Shown here: positions 52,890 through 61,237 of the stretch, piece by piece
How positions within the stretch are numbered: the first letter of the stretch is position 1
Layout of the letters: each line of letters opens with the position of its first letter
NCBI GenBank assembly: GCA_050250255.1
Contig: JBFWOZ010000007.1
Location: 9,200-73,199, forward strand
DNA from: Bdellovibrionales bacterium
Lineage (GTDB): Bacteria; Bdellovibrionota; Bdellovibrionia; Bdellovibrionales; DASUEL01
Direction: 5' to 3'
DNA length: 64,000 bases
Made by a program: the position numbers and the translations under genes
The notes under the pieces: generated by a model
What the model saw: only the letters and a program-made list of their open reading frames with translations
Told to the model about the DNA's origin: nothing
The model's database searches: none

Positions 52890-55586
52890 ATGTTTAAAAG
52901 TCTCATGGCTGCTGTAGTAGGCACCAAGCACGATCGGGATATGAAACGTCTGCAACCCACTGTGGTTCAGATCAACTCCTTTGAGTCCAAGCTCAAAAAT
53001 TTTACGGATGCGGAATTACAGTCGCAGACGGCAAAGTTTCGCGAGCGTTTGTCGCGCGGAGAAGCGCTCGACTCCATTTTACCTGAAGCGTTTGCAACGG
53101 TTCGCGAAGGTTCTCGCCGCGTTTTAGGAATGAGACATTACGATGTGCAGTTGATTGGTGGACTTGTACTTCATCAAGGTAAAATTGCAGAGATGAAAAC
53201 AGGAGAAGGAAAAACTCTCGTCGCCACTTTGCCAGTGTACACAAATGCCCTTGAGGGAAAAGGTGTTCACGTTGTAACGGTGAACGATTATCTTGCAAAA
53301 CGTGACTCCGAGTGGATGGGTCGCCTTTATAGTTTTCTTGGAATGAAGACAGGCATTATTGTTCACGAACTCAATGATCGCCAAAGAAAAGAATCATACG
53401 GAAGCGACATCACTTACGGAACAAATAACGAATTTGGTTTCGATTACCTTCGCGACAACATGAAGTTTGAGCTTTCGTCTTACGTGCAAAGAGGCTTCAA
53501 CTACGCCATCGTGGATGAGTGTGACTCTATTTTAGTGGATGAAGCACGTACGCCTCTTATTATTTCAGGTCCTTCGGAAGACTCCACTGACAAATATTAT
53601 ACCGTGAACAAAGTGATCCCGAGCCTTCTTCGTGGAAAACACTTTGAGATGGAAGAAAAATCCAAAACCGCTTCGCTTACCGAAGAGGGTGCAACGAAAG
53701 TCGAAGAATTACTTTCTATCGACAATCTTTACGAACCTGCGCACATCGAAATTCTTCATCATATCTATCAAGGCTTAAAAGCTCATCATCTCTATCGTCG
53801 TGACGTGGAGTACATGGTGAAAGATGGCGAAGTGGTTATCGTCGATGATTTTACAGGCCGACTTATGCCAGGTCGTCGTTGGAGCGATGGGCTTCACCAA
53901 GCGATCGAAGCAAAAGAGGGTGTAGAAGTTCGTAGCGAAAACCAAACGCTCGCGACAATCACATTCCAAAATTATTTCCGTATGTACAAAAAACTGTCGG
54001 GCATGACGGGAACAGCCGACACCGAAGCAGTGGAATTTAAGAAGATTTATAATCTTGATGTCATCGTGATTCCAACCAACAGGGCGGTTTCGCGTAAAGA
54101 CATGAACGATGTTGTTTACAAGACGGAAGAAGGAAAGTTTAAGGCCCTCGCGACAGATATCAAAGAACGACACCAGGCGGGTCAGCCAGTTCTTGTTGGT
54201 ACCGTGAGTATCGAAAAGTCGGAAAAACTCAGCACCTATCTTAAAAAGCAAAATGTGACTCACAATGTACTCAATGCCAAACATCACGAGCGTGAAGCCG
54301 AGATCATTGCGCAGGCGGGACGAAAAGGGGCAGTCACGATCGCTACCAACATGGCAGGTCGTGGAACCGATATTCTTTTGGGCGGTAACCCAGAAGGGCT
54401 CGCGAAGAAACTTCACAAAGATGAAGAGTCTGAAGATTTCAAAAAAGAAGTCGCTAAGTGGAAAGAAACCACGGAGCAAGAAAAACGTGAAGTGATTGAG
54501 GCCGGCGGCCTCTACATTATGGGAACCGAACGTCACGAATCTCGTCGTATTGATAATCAGCTTCGAGGTCGAGCGGGTCGTCAGGGAGATCCGGGAGCTT
54601 CTAAGTTTTACCTTTCTCTTGAAGACAATCTCATGCGCATTTTTAGCGGTGAGCGTATTCAAAAACTAATGACCATGCTGAATATGCCAGACGATGAACC
54701 TATCGAAGCACCGATGGTGAACCGTGCTATTGAAGGCGCACAAAGAAAAGTAGAGGGTCACAACTTCGATATTCGTAAACATCTTCTTGAATATGACGAT
54801 GTGATGAATAAGCAGCGAAACGCGATCTACACTTTACGCCGTGAAGTTCTAGAGGGCGAAAAGCTTGAAGAAATCGTTTCCGAGATGATGGGTGATGTGG
54901 CTTCTCACATCATGGATACTTTTGCTCCGGAGGGTGTGAAGGCTCATTCCTGGGATTTAGAAGGGTTAAATACCGCACTCCAAAGACAATTCGGAGCTTC
55001 GCTAAAATTTGAAGGAGATCTTGCTCCAACAAATCTCAATTCTGACAAGCTGACACAAGCTGTGAGTCAGCTCGTAAAAAGAGAATATGAGCGGCAAAAA
55101 ACAACTTTGGCCCATCTAGTAACAGAAGTTCAAAAGCGTATTCTTTTGCAGACGATCGATACGTTATGGAAAGAACATCTGTTGAGAATGGACCATTTGA
55201 AAGAGGGAATTAATCTTCGTGCTTATGCACAAAAAGATCCTCTCATCGAATACAAAAAAGAAGCATTTAATGCTTTTGCGGAAGTGGATCATTTAATCAA
55301 AGCTCAGGCCGTAGAGATGTTTTTGAAAATTCAAATCGTCACGCAGCCCTTGACAGATAGCGCGGTTGAAGAGCCTGAAGAGGCGCTTAAGAGTTTGGCT
55401 CCAAAGCCCGCGAGACAAAAATTGACGTTCACACATGAATCCGAATCGACATTCAATGAGTCGAAGAAATCTTCAGAGCCTGCACGTCGCGCAGAGCGGG
55501 TCGGCCGTAATGATCCGTGTCCTTGTGGCAGCGGGAAGAAGTATAAAAAATGTCACGGAGCCGATGCTGATCAACTGAATGATTAG
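52890..55586 (+). CDS. secA: preprotein translocase ATPase SecA
   Basis: 898 aa. It has [14 protein letters not shown] (Walker A), [19 protein letters not shown]-like [29 protein letters not shown], and the C-terminal zinc motif [14 protein letters not shown]. Confidence 0.95.
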   Translation: MFKSLMAAVVGTKHDRDMKRLQPTVVQINSFESKLKNFTDAELQSQTAKFRERLSRGEALDSILPEAFATVREGSRRVLGMRHYDVQLIGGLVLHQGKIAEMKTGEGKTLVATLPVYTNALEGKGVHVVTVNDYLAKRDSEWMGRLYSFLGMKTGIIVHELNDRQRKESYGSDITYGTNNEFGFDYLRDNMKFELSSYVQRGFNYAIVDECDSILVDEARTPLIISGPSEDSTDKYYTVNKVIPSLLRGKHFEMEEKSKTASLTEEGATKVEELLSIDNLYEPAHIEILHHIYQGLKAHHLYRRDVEYMVKDGEVVIVDDFTGRLMPGRRWSDGLHQAIEAKEGVEVRSENQTLATITFQNYFRMYKKLSGMTGTADTEAVEFKKIYNLDVIVIPTNRAVSRKDMNDVVYKTEEGKFKALATDIKERHQAGQPVLVGTVSIEKSEKLSTYLKKQNVTHNVLNAKHHEREAEIIAQAGRKGAVTIATNMAGRGTDILLGGNPEGLAKKLHKDEESEDFKKEVAKWKETTEQEKREVIEAGGLYIMGTERHESRRIDNQLRGRAGRQGDPGASKFYLSLEDNLMRIFSGERIQKLMTMLNMPDDEPIEAPMVNRAIEGAQRKVEGHNFDIRKHLLEYDDVMNKQRNAIYTLRREVLEGEKLEEIVSEMMGDVASHIMDTFAPEGVKAHSWDLEGLNTALQRQFGASLKFEGDLAPTNLNSDKLTQAVSQLVKREYERQKTTLAHLVTEVQKRILLQTIDTLWKEHLLRMDHLKEGINLRAYAQKDPLIEYKKEAFNAFAEVDHLIKAQAVEMFLKIQIVTQPLTDSAVEEPEEALKSLAPKPARQKLTFTHESESTFNESKKSSEPARRAERVGRNDPCPCGSGKKYKKCHGADADQLND

Positions 55587-55604
55587 TACTTAAGGGAGAG
55601 GCGT

Positions 55605-56315
55605 TTGGCAAACTGTCTCAAATGTAGTGCGCAACTGGATGGTGATTTTGGTATGGAAACCTGTCCCAGTTGCGGTGAAATTAATTTTCTCGATGCAGAC
55701 GCTCCGGCGGATGCTCCTGCAGATGTAAGCTCTGCTCCCAAGCCTAAAAAAAATGAGTTCAGTGTTCTTGTCAGTGGTAATCCTTCTCACGAAGAGGCCC
55801 GATCGTCGGGAGAAGATCGTGAGCGAGCGGGTGGCATGAACGAATGGCTTGCTGACGAACCAGGGATAGAACCTCTCACGCCAGCTATTGAGCCTCTCGA
55901 ATCACCTGTGTCAGCTCCATTCGAGGAGGAGACAAAAACTGGTTCTCACGCTCAAGTCAGGCCTGCGACAACGGCCACGGCAATGGACGCGCCGGCAGAA
56001 CCCAACATTGAGGAGATCGCGGATTTTGGTAATGACATCAGTTCCAACGCCGCCGATGGATTTCTCTATTACGATTTAAAAGTTGCCGGTATTGATTCCA
56101 AAGAAGTGCGGCAGTCTGTGCTCAATGCACTTCTTGATAAAAAATTGGGTTGGAGCCAAGCGACCCTTGAGAAAAAAATCGAAAATGGAACTCTCTCGTT
56201 TTCTGGTTTGAATCCTATGAAAGCAAGTCAGATCGTTAAAAAATTAAGATTTCTAGATGTGCAAATCACGTGGACTCAAAAGCCACTTCCCTCTTCAACG
56301 CCGGAGCAAACATGA
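55605..56315 (+). CDS. zinc-ribbon protein with acidic disordered linker and C-terminal globular domain (hypothetical)
   Basis: TTG start after GGGAGAG. CLKC...CPSCGE is a CxxC...CxxC ribbon. No family recognised. Confidence 0.5.
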   Translation: MANCLKCSAQLDGDFGMETCPSCGEINFLDADAPADAPADVSSAPKPKKNEFSVLVSGNPSHEEARSSGEDRERAGGMNEWLADEPGIEPLTPAIEPLESPVSAPFEEETKTGSHAQVRPATTATAMDAPAEPNIEEIADFGNDISSNAADGFLYYDLKVAGIDSKEVRQSVLNALLDKKLGWSQATLEKKIENGTLSFSGLNPMKASQIVKKLRFLDVQITWTQKPLPSSTPEQT

Positions 56316-56848
56316 CAAAAATTTGTGTTTTTATTTTTTGCTTCTTCCTTATTCAGGGCGTTTTTGCTCGCGAGTGGGACGCTCATGAGGTGAGTTTAAA
56401 AGCGAGTGTCGACAAGATTCGAGAGAAAGAAAAGAAGATCGCAGAATTAATCAGTCATAAAAATCTTATGCACGAAGGTGCTCCAGAGCTCAAAGCCGCA
56501 TTAGAGGAAATCACGAGGGAACATAAGGAGCTCATTGCTCTTTACAAAGAATTTGATGATGAAAAAGAGCACGTTCGCTTTAACCATCCCGATCAAGGAC
56601 AAAAAATTGAAAGAAAGTATTCACGTTTTAAAGTGAAAACTCTCGATGCTTTTGAGGGCGAAGGCGGGATTGACGGAAAACTATCTCGCGTAAAATCTAA
56701 AGCGCTGAAAAAATTTGGAGAAAAAGCTCCAGTTATAGAGCCAGAGGAGCCGACAGAAGAAGAGCAAGAAAAGCTCAAAGAGGCTGAGCGAATCGCAAAC
56801 GACGCTAAGAATGATAAAAATAGTAAACGTATCCGAATGAAGAAGTGA
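56312..56848 (+). CDS. secreted coiled-coil protein (hypothetical)
   Basis: ATG 56312 forms an ATGA overlap with the upstream stop. Signal peptide MTKICVFIFCFFLIQGVFA. It is a highly charged helical sequence. Confidence 0.5.
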   Translation: MTKICVFIFCFFLIQGVFAREWDAHEVSLKASVDKIREKEKKIAELISHKNLMHEGAPELKAALEEITREHKELIALYKEFDDEKEHVRFNHPDQGQKIERKYSRFKVKTLDAFEGEGGIDGKLSRVKSKALKKFGEKAPVIEPEEPTEEEQEKLKEAERIANDAKNDKNSKRIRMKK

Positions 56849-56855
56849 GCCGAGA

Positions 56856-57350
56856 ATGAAATATCTCTTATTTATTTTTCTTTTTTTAAACCTAGCTTGT
56901 TCAACAACTCCGTTTAAGAGATTTGAAAAAGTAAAAGTGGGAATGTACAAAGATGATGTTTTAGATATCGCAGGCTCACCTCAAGAATCCAATTTTAAAA
57001 ATGATGAGTATGTTTGGTATTACCGATTTATCACTGATGCGGGCACCTTGGTGCGTGAAGTAAGGTTGAAACAGGATTTCGTCAGCTATGTGGGTGATCC
57101 TTTGGGTACAAGCGGTGAGAAGTTTTCGAAAGTAAGAGTAGGCATGACCAAGGCACAAATCTTAGATTTAGTGGGTTTTCCAGGTCGAGCTGAAACCGTG
57201 AATGGCTTAGATATTTGGACCTACACTGTGAATACACCAAAAGAAAAGAAAACGATGTCGATAGAATTCGCACAAGATAAAGCGACTTACGCAGGTCCAC
57301 CCAAAGAAAAGTCAGAGGCACCAACTGGCGACTTTGTTCCAGTCGAATAA
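56856..57350 (+). CDS. lipoprotein with two tandem BamE/SmpA_OmlA-like domains
   Basis: Lipobox LACS. FEKVKVGMYKDDVLDIAGSP and FSKVRVGMTKAQILDLVGFP are two copies of the BamE opening motif (l..i..GMtk.qV...lG.P). Confidence 0.6.
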   Translation: MKYLLFIFLFLNLACSTTPFKRFEKVKVGMYKDDVLDIAGSPQESNFKNDEYVWYYRFITDAGTLVREVRLKQDFVSYVGDPLGTSGEKFSKVRVGMTKAQILDLVGFPGRAETVNGLDIWTYTVNTPKEKKTMSIEFAQDKATYAGPPKEKSEAPTGDFVPVE

Positions 57351-57419
57351 AAATTAAGAAATTGGCGAGTCATGATGATGTTCAAGAACCTATTTTAAGA
57401 CAGGTTCGCAGAACTCTAA

Positions 57420-58190
57420 TTACAAAATATGAGCGCCGCTATCCACAAACATCGTTGTGCCGGTGATGTGTCGTCCACCTGGTCCGCAGAGGAAGGCACC
57501 TAAGTGACCAACGTCATCGGCAGAGATATTTTCTTTAAGCGGAGTTTTTTCTGCAGCCGACGAGAGCATTTCACGGAAATTACGAACGCCAGCAGCAGCC
57601 AATGTTTTCACGGGTCCTGCGGAAATCGCGTTCACACAAATCTTCTGTGGTCCAAGATCGTAAGCTAGATATCTCACGCTGGCTTCAAGTGCTGCTTTCG
57701 CAACTCCCATGACGTTGTAATTTGGGACAACCTTTTGGGCTCCCAAATAGGTCATTGTTAAAATAGTTCCACCATTTGGCATAAGAGGTTCGGCATGTTT
57801 CGCAAAAGGAATGAGAGAAAATGCACTCACATCAAGTGCGAGCCGAAAGCCTTCACGACTTGTGTTTACAAAGCGGCCATCGAGTTCTTCTCGGTTGGCA
57901 AAAGCCACCGAGTGAATGACCGCGTCCAGTGTGCCCCATTTTTTCTTTGTGGTTTCAAAAAGTTTTGCGATGTCTTCGTCTTTTGCGACATCGCAAGGTT
58001 CGATTAAAGTGGAACCTAAGCTTTCTGCAAGAGGGCGGACGCGTTTTTCAAGGCGCTCATCTAAATATGTAAACCCTAATTCACAGCCAGCCGCATGAAG
58101 TTGTTGGGCGACCGCCCAGGCGAGACTACGTTCATTCGCAACACCGACGATCAAGGCTTTTTTGCCCTTCATTGTTTCTGACATGTTCAA
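57420..58190 (-). CDS. fabI: enoyl-[acyl-carrier-protein] reductase (NADH) FabI
   Basis: ALIVGVANERSLAWAVA, NYNVMGVAKAALEASVRYLA (Tyr-x6-Lys) and ISAGPVKTLAA are FabI signatures. 256 aa. Confidence 0.9.
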   Translation of the reverse strand: MNMSETMKGKKALIVGVANERSLAWAVAQQLHAAGCELGFTYLDERLEKRVRPLAESLGSTLIEPCDVAKDEDIAKLFETTKKKWGTLDAVIHSVAFANREELDGRFVNTSREGFRLALDVSAFSLIPFAKHAEPLMPNGGTILTMTYLGAQKVVPNYNVMGVAKAALEASVRYLAYDLGPQKICVNAISAGPVKTLAAAGVRNFREMLSSAAEKTPLKENISADDVGHLGAFLCGPGGRHITGTTMFVDSGAHIL

Positions 58191-59305
58191 ATTCCTTTCA
58201 CGATTTCCACAACTTTTTCCACACCTTCAAGCCCTGACCAGAGTGGCAGTCGTACCACGCGTTCACTAAGATCATCCGTAACTGGAAGTGCGCCATTGGT
58301 ACGACCAAAGCGTTCTCCTGCAGGTGACGAGTGAAGTGGGATGTAGTGGAAAGCGGCTGTGATTTCTTTTTTCTTAAGTTGCTCAATAATGGATTCACGA
58401 ATTTTATGTGTGGGTGCGATCATGTAAAAAATGTGAGCGTTGTGTTCGCACTCTTGGGGAATCGTTGGGAGTTTGAAATCTCCCTTTTCTTCGAGAGGTT
58501 TGAGAGCTTTGTAGTATTCATCCCACACTAACATGCGCCCTTTTTGAATCTCTTGAGATCTTTCAAATTGCGCAAGTAGCAAGGCTGCTAACAAATCGCT
58601 ACAGATGTAAGAAGAGCCTACGTCCATCCAAGTGTAGAAAGCGGTCTCTCTTCGAAGAAAGCTTGTACGGTTCGTTCCTTTTTCGCGAATGATCTCGGAA
58701 CGTAGCAGGTAACTCTCGTCATTTACGACAAGAGCGCCACCTTCTCCAGAGACGAGATTTTTTGTTTCATGAAAACTGAAAGTACCAAAATCGCCAAGAG
58801 TACCAAGAGCTTTCCCTTTGTAGCGAGAGAGCACGGCCTGCGCGGCATCTTCCACTACGTAAAGATGATGTTTTTTGGCGATCGCAAGAATTTTATCCAT
58901 CTCGCAAGCAACGCCTGCGTAATGAACAATAAAAATCGCTTTTGTTTTGGGAGTGATATGCGCTTCGATGAGATTCTCGTCGATATTCAAGATATCGGGC
59001 CTGATGTCGACAAATACCGGTGTTGCCCCACGAAGGACTACGGCGTTAGCCGTCGAAACGAAAGTGAAGGAAGGCATGATCACCTCATCGCCCGGTTCTA
59101 ATTCACAAAGTAGAGCCGACATTTCAAGAGCTGCGGTACAGGAGTGAACAAGAAGAGCTTTTTTTGCTTTCGTTTGCGACTCGATCCACTGTTCACATTT
59201 ACGCGTAAAGGACCCATTTCCTTTAATCTGGCCAGATTCGAGGCAGGTCTTAATATATTCCATCTCTTTGGAAGAAAGGGAGGGTTTCGTGAACTCTATT
59301 GCCAT
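58187..59305 (-). CDS. DegT/DnrJ/EryC1-family PLP aminotransferase, WecE/RffA-like (dTDP-4-amino-4,6-dideoxy-sugar transaminase)
   Basis: The N-terminus ...EMEYIKTCLESGQIKGNGSFTRKCEQWIE parallels E. coli WecE (...GSGKLCGDGGFTRRCQQWLE). FHETKNLVSGEGGAL carries the PLP lysine. ATGA overlap with fabI. Confidence 0.75.
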   Translation of the reverse strand: MAIEFTKPSLSSKEMEYIKTCLESGQIKGNGSFTRKCEQWIESQTKAKKALLVHSCTAALEMSALLCELEPGDEVIMPSFTFVSTANAVVLRGATPVFVDIRPDILNIDENLIEAHITPKTKAIFIVHYAGVACEMDKILAIAKKHHLYVVEDAAQAVLSRYKGKALGTLGDFGTFSFHETKNLVSGEGGALVVNDESYLLRSEIIREKGTNRTSFLRRETAFYTWMDVGSSYICSDLLAALLLAQFERSQEIQKGRMLVWDEYYKALKPLEEKGDFKLPTIPQECEHNAHIFYMIAPTHKIRESIIEQLKKKEITAAFHYIPLHSSPAGERFGRTNGALPVTDDLSERVVRLPLWSGLEGVEKVVEIVKGI

Positions 59306-59313
59306 AGGGGGTG

Positions 59314-59342
59314 AATATAGAACTCATCTCACGAATAGGCAA
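59314..59342 (-). promoter_or_regulatory. candidate sigma70-type promoter of the wecE-like/fabI unit (leaderless or near-leaderless)
   Basis: On the minus strand it reads TTGCCT (comp 59337-59342), a 17-nt spacer, then TATATT (comp 59314-59319). The -10 box ends 8 nt before ATG 59305. There is no SD. Confidence 0.5.
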
Positions 59343-59583
59343 GGCCCGACGATTTCTAATGGTTTCAATATCGAGGCGCGAGGAGGAGGCATAGCGGTCC
59401 TATGCCGACGACGAGTAATGAAGAGATTGAAACCATTAGAAATCGCCCAAAGGGTTCTTCGCTCTTTCCTAGAACTTTTCGTTACTTCTCCTCAAAATAG
59501 CACCACTATTTTTCGTCGTCGCGCCTCAATTTCTAGAAAAGAGCGAAGAATCGGGTCTTGCCTATTCGTGAGATGAGTTCTAT
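59317..59583. repeat. 267-bp mirror-symmetric nested-palindrome element
   Basis: The 27-bp perfect termini are 59317-59343 and 59557-59583. Inner pair 1 is 59350-59369 / 59426-59445 (20/20). Inner pair 2 is 59455-59474 / 59531-59550 (19/20). Both 56-nt loops are mutually reverse-complementary at 40/56 positions. The centre cccaaaggg (59446-59454) lies at the exact midpoint. Confidence 0.9.
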
Positions 59584-59586
59584 TAA
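59558..59586 (+). promoter_or_regulatory. candidate sigma70-type promoter of the GT2 gene (leaderless or near-leaderless)
   Basis: TTGCCT (59558-59563), 17-nt spacer, TATTAA (59581-59586). The -10 box ends 9 nt before ATG 59596. There is no SD. Confidence 0.5.
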
Positions 59587-59595
59587 GTGTGTCTC

Positions 59596-60417
59596 ATGCA
59601 AAAGCTTTCTGTCGTGGTCTTAAGCTATAACCATCCATTACACACTGCGCGAGCGGTGAGGTCGGCTTTGCAATGGAATCTCCCAGTTTTGCTCGTACAC
59701 AATGGCAGTCTTTCCAAGCATGTGGAGCTTTTAAAAAAAGAGTTTCAGGAAACTTCACAATTCACACATTTGGTTCTTCCTGAAAATAAAGGTTATTCCG
59801 GCGGAGTGAATGAGGGTCTTTATGCGGCCACTTCTGAGTGGGTGATTTTTCTGACAAATGATTGTGAGCTACTGAGTGTACCGAAACTTCCTTTAAAGCC
59901 AATGGCGGTGATCCCCCAAGTTTTTCGTAGATCTCTCAATCAAATTGATTCTATAGGTGGTCTCTTTGAACCAACGAGCGGAAAGCTCGTGCACTGTAAA
60001 ACCAAAGAAGATTTTGAAAATCCTGACGCAAAATGGTCGCCCTACATTCCGGGTTCAAGCTTTCTCGTGCATCGCGAGGTGTTTGAAAAAACAAAAGGGA
60101 TGGATGAGAGTTTGGGAACCTACTGGGACGACGTCGATTGGTCCCTCAGAATTCAAAAAATGAATTTCCCTATCCAGCTTCAAGAGCAATGGCATGTGCT
60201 TCACTACGTAGGAAAAACTTGCCAAAAAAATCCGCTCTATTCCATTTACTATTTCCAGAGAAATCGAAAAAAGATTTCCTGGAAATACACAAAACCTTCT
60301 GAGAAACCAAAACTATGTTTCGCCTTAGCTAAAGATTGGACCCGCTTAAGTCTCAATCTCATTTCTAAAAAACGCTACTCCGACTTGCGCTTGATCAAGC
60401 GCGCTCTTTTTGAATAG
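59596..60417 (+). CDS. glycosyltransferase family 2
   Basis: MQKLSVVVLSYNHPLHTARAVRSAL is the typical GT2 opening. TNDCELL and YWDDVDW resemble DxD-type motifs. ATG 59596 is preferred over GTG 59587 because 59581-59586 looks like a -10 box. Confidence 0.7.
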   Translation: MQKLSVVVLSYNHPLHTARAVRSALQWNLPVLLVHNGSLSKHVELLKKEFQETSQFTHLVLPENKGYSGGVNEGLYAATSEWVIFLTNDCELLSVPKLPLKPMAVIPQVFRRSLNQIDSIGGLFEPTSGKLVHCKTKEDFENPDAKWSPYIPGSSFLVHREVFEKTKGMDESLGTYWDDVDWSLRIQKMNFPIQLQEQWHVLHYVGKTCQKNPLYSIYYFQRNRKKISWKYTKPSEKPKLCFALAKDWTRLSLNLISKKRYSDLRLIKRALFE

Positions 60418-60436
60418 AATATCTGGTTAAACGGTA

Positions 60437-60464
60437 TTGACATCGATCAATAATATGTTAAACT
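60437..60464 (+). promoter_or_regulatory. candidate promoter of vapBC (leaderless)
   Basis: TTGACA (60437-60442), 16-nt spacer, TAAACT (60459-60464), 7 nt before the vapB ATG. Confidence 0.35.
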
Positions 60465-60471
60465 ATGAATT

Positions 60472-60693
60472 ATGAGCGTGAAAGTTTCCCCTAAATACCA
60501 AGTCGTGATCCCTGAGCAGGTTAGGCAAACCCTTAATATTCGTCCTGGCATGGAAGTAGATGTGATCGCAAAGGGTGGTATTGCCTATATCGTTCCTGTC
60601 CCAACGGTGACGTCGCTTCGTGATAAAGTGAAAGATTATCTTTCTGCTTCTGACAAAAAGACGTTACGTGAAAAGAAAGACCGGAAGTTTTGA
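60472..60693 (+). CDS. vapB: AbrB/MazE/SpoVT-family antitoxin (VapB-like)
   Basis: SPKYQVVIPEQVRQTLNIRPGMEVDV is the SpoVT-AbrB swapped-hairpin motif. 73 aa. Confidence 0.75.
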   Translation: MSVKVSPKYQVVIPEQVRQTLNIRPGMEVDVIAKGGIAYIVPVPTVTSLRDKVKDYLSASDKKTLREKKDRKF

Positions 60694-60694
60694 T

Positions 60695-61057
60695 ATGGTT
60701 GTCGACAGTTCCGTTTGGCTCGAGATTTTCTTAGAAGGGGAAAAGTATAAAGAGTGCGAAAAACTTATAAAAAAAGAAACTCTCTATGTTCCGAGTCTCA
60801 TCCTTTTTGAACTTTATAAAAAAATTAAAACAAAAGTATCAGAAGATATCGCACTTGAGTGCGTCTCGCATTTAAGCCAGCACACCGTAGTGGATCTAAC
60901 GCGAGACGTGGCTTTACTTGCCGGCGACTTATCACTCGAATATAAACTCGCAATGGCCGATAGCGTAGTGCTCGCTCATTCGCGGCTTCTTTCATGTCCT
61001 CTTGTCACCTTAGACAATGATTTTTCTTCTGTACCTGGAGTTCTCGTCGTCAGATAG
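60695..61057 (+). CDS. vapC: PIN-domain toxin (VapC-like)
   Basis: Start at ATG 60695, 1 nt after the vapB stop. MVVDSSVWLEIF carries the first acidic residue. LAMADSVVLA and TLDNDF carry the later acidic residues. Confidence 0.75.
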   Translation: MVVDSSVWLEIFLEGEKYKECEKLIKKETLYVPSLILFELYKKIKTKVSEDIALECVSHLSQHTVVDLTRDVALLAGDLSLEYKLAMADSVVLAHSRLLSCPLVTLDNDFSSVPGVLVVR

Positions 61058-61237
61058 AGGGTCTTGCTCTGACCTACATCAAACGTTATGATGACAATCA
61101 CCAATTTGGACTCAGTTTCAAAAGATAATGAAGCTTGTCCAAAGGGTGACCAGGTCGTCACGATCTTAGAACGCCCTTAGTTCTGTTATGTAGATTTAAG
61201 TAGCGGAAGACATTTCTTCCGCTATGAGTTTAGACAA

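Noticed and set aside
53775-54662. Long antisense ORFs inside well-supported genes (295 aa in secA; also 29016..29630 in mreB, 26810..27448 in glpD, 47504..48037 in yeaH, 1166..1699 in the PBP gene)
   Set aside because: The sense-strand proteins have unambiguous family signatures. The antisense translations are low-complexity or Cys/His/Phe-rich with no motifs. They are typical shadow ORFs.
59317-59583. Phase-variable inverton (invertible promoter) between surface-polysaccharide genes, suggested by the 27-bp inverted repeats flanking ~213 bp
   Set aside because: The segment between the repeats is itself quasi-palindromic, and each repeat already carries an outward-facing promoter. Inversion would therefore regenerate almost the same arrangement. 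No recombinase or invertase gene lies in the window. Only read-level evidence (PhaseFinder-type) could revive the idea.
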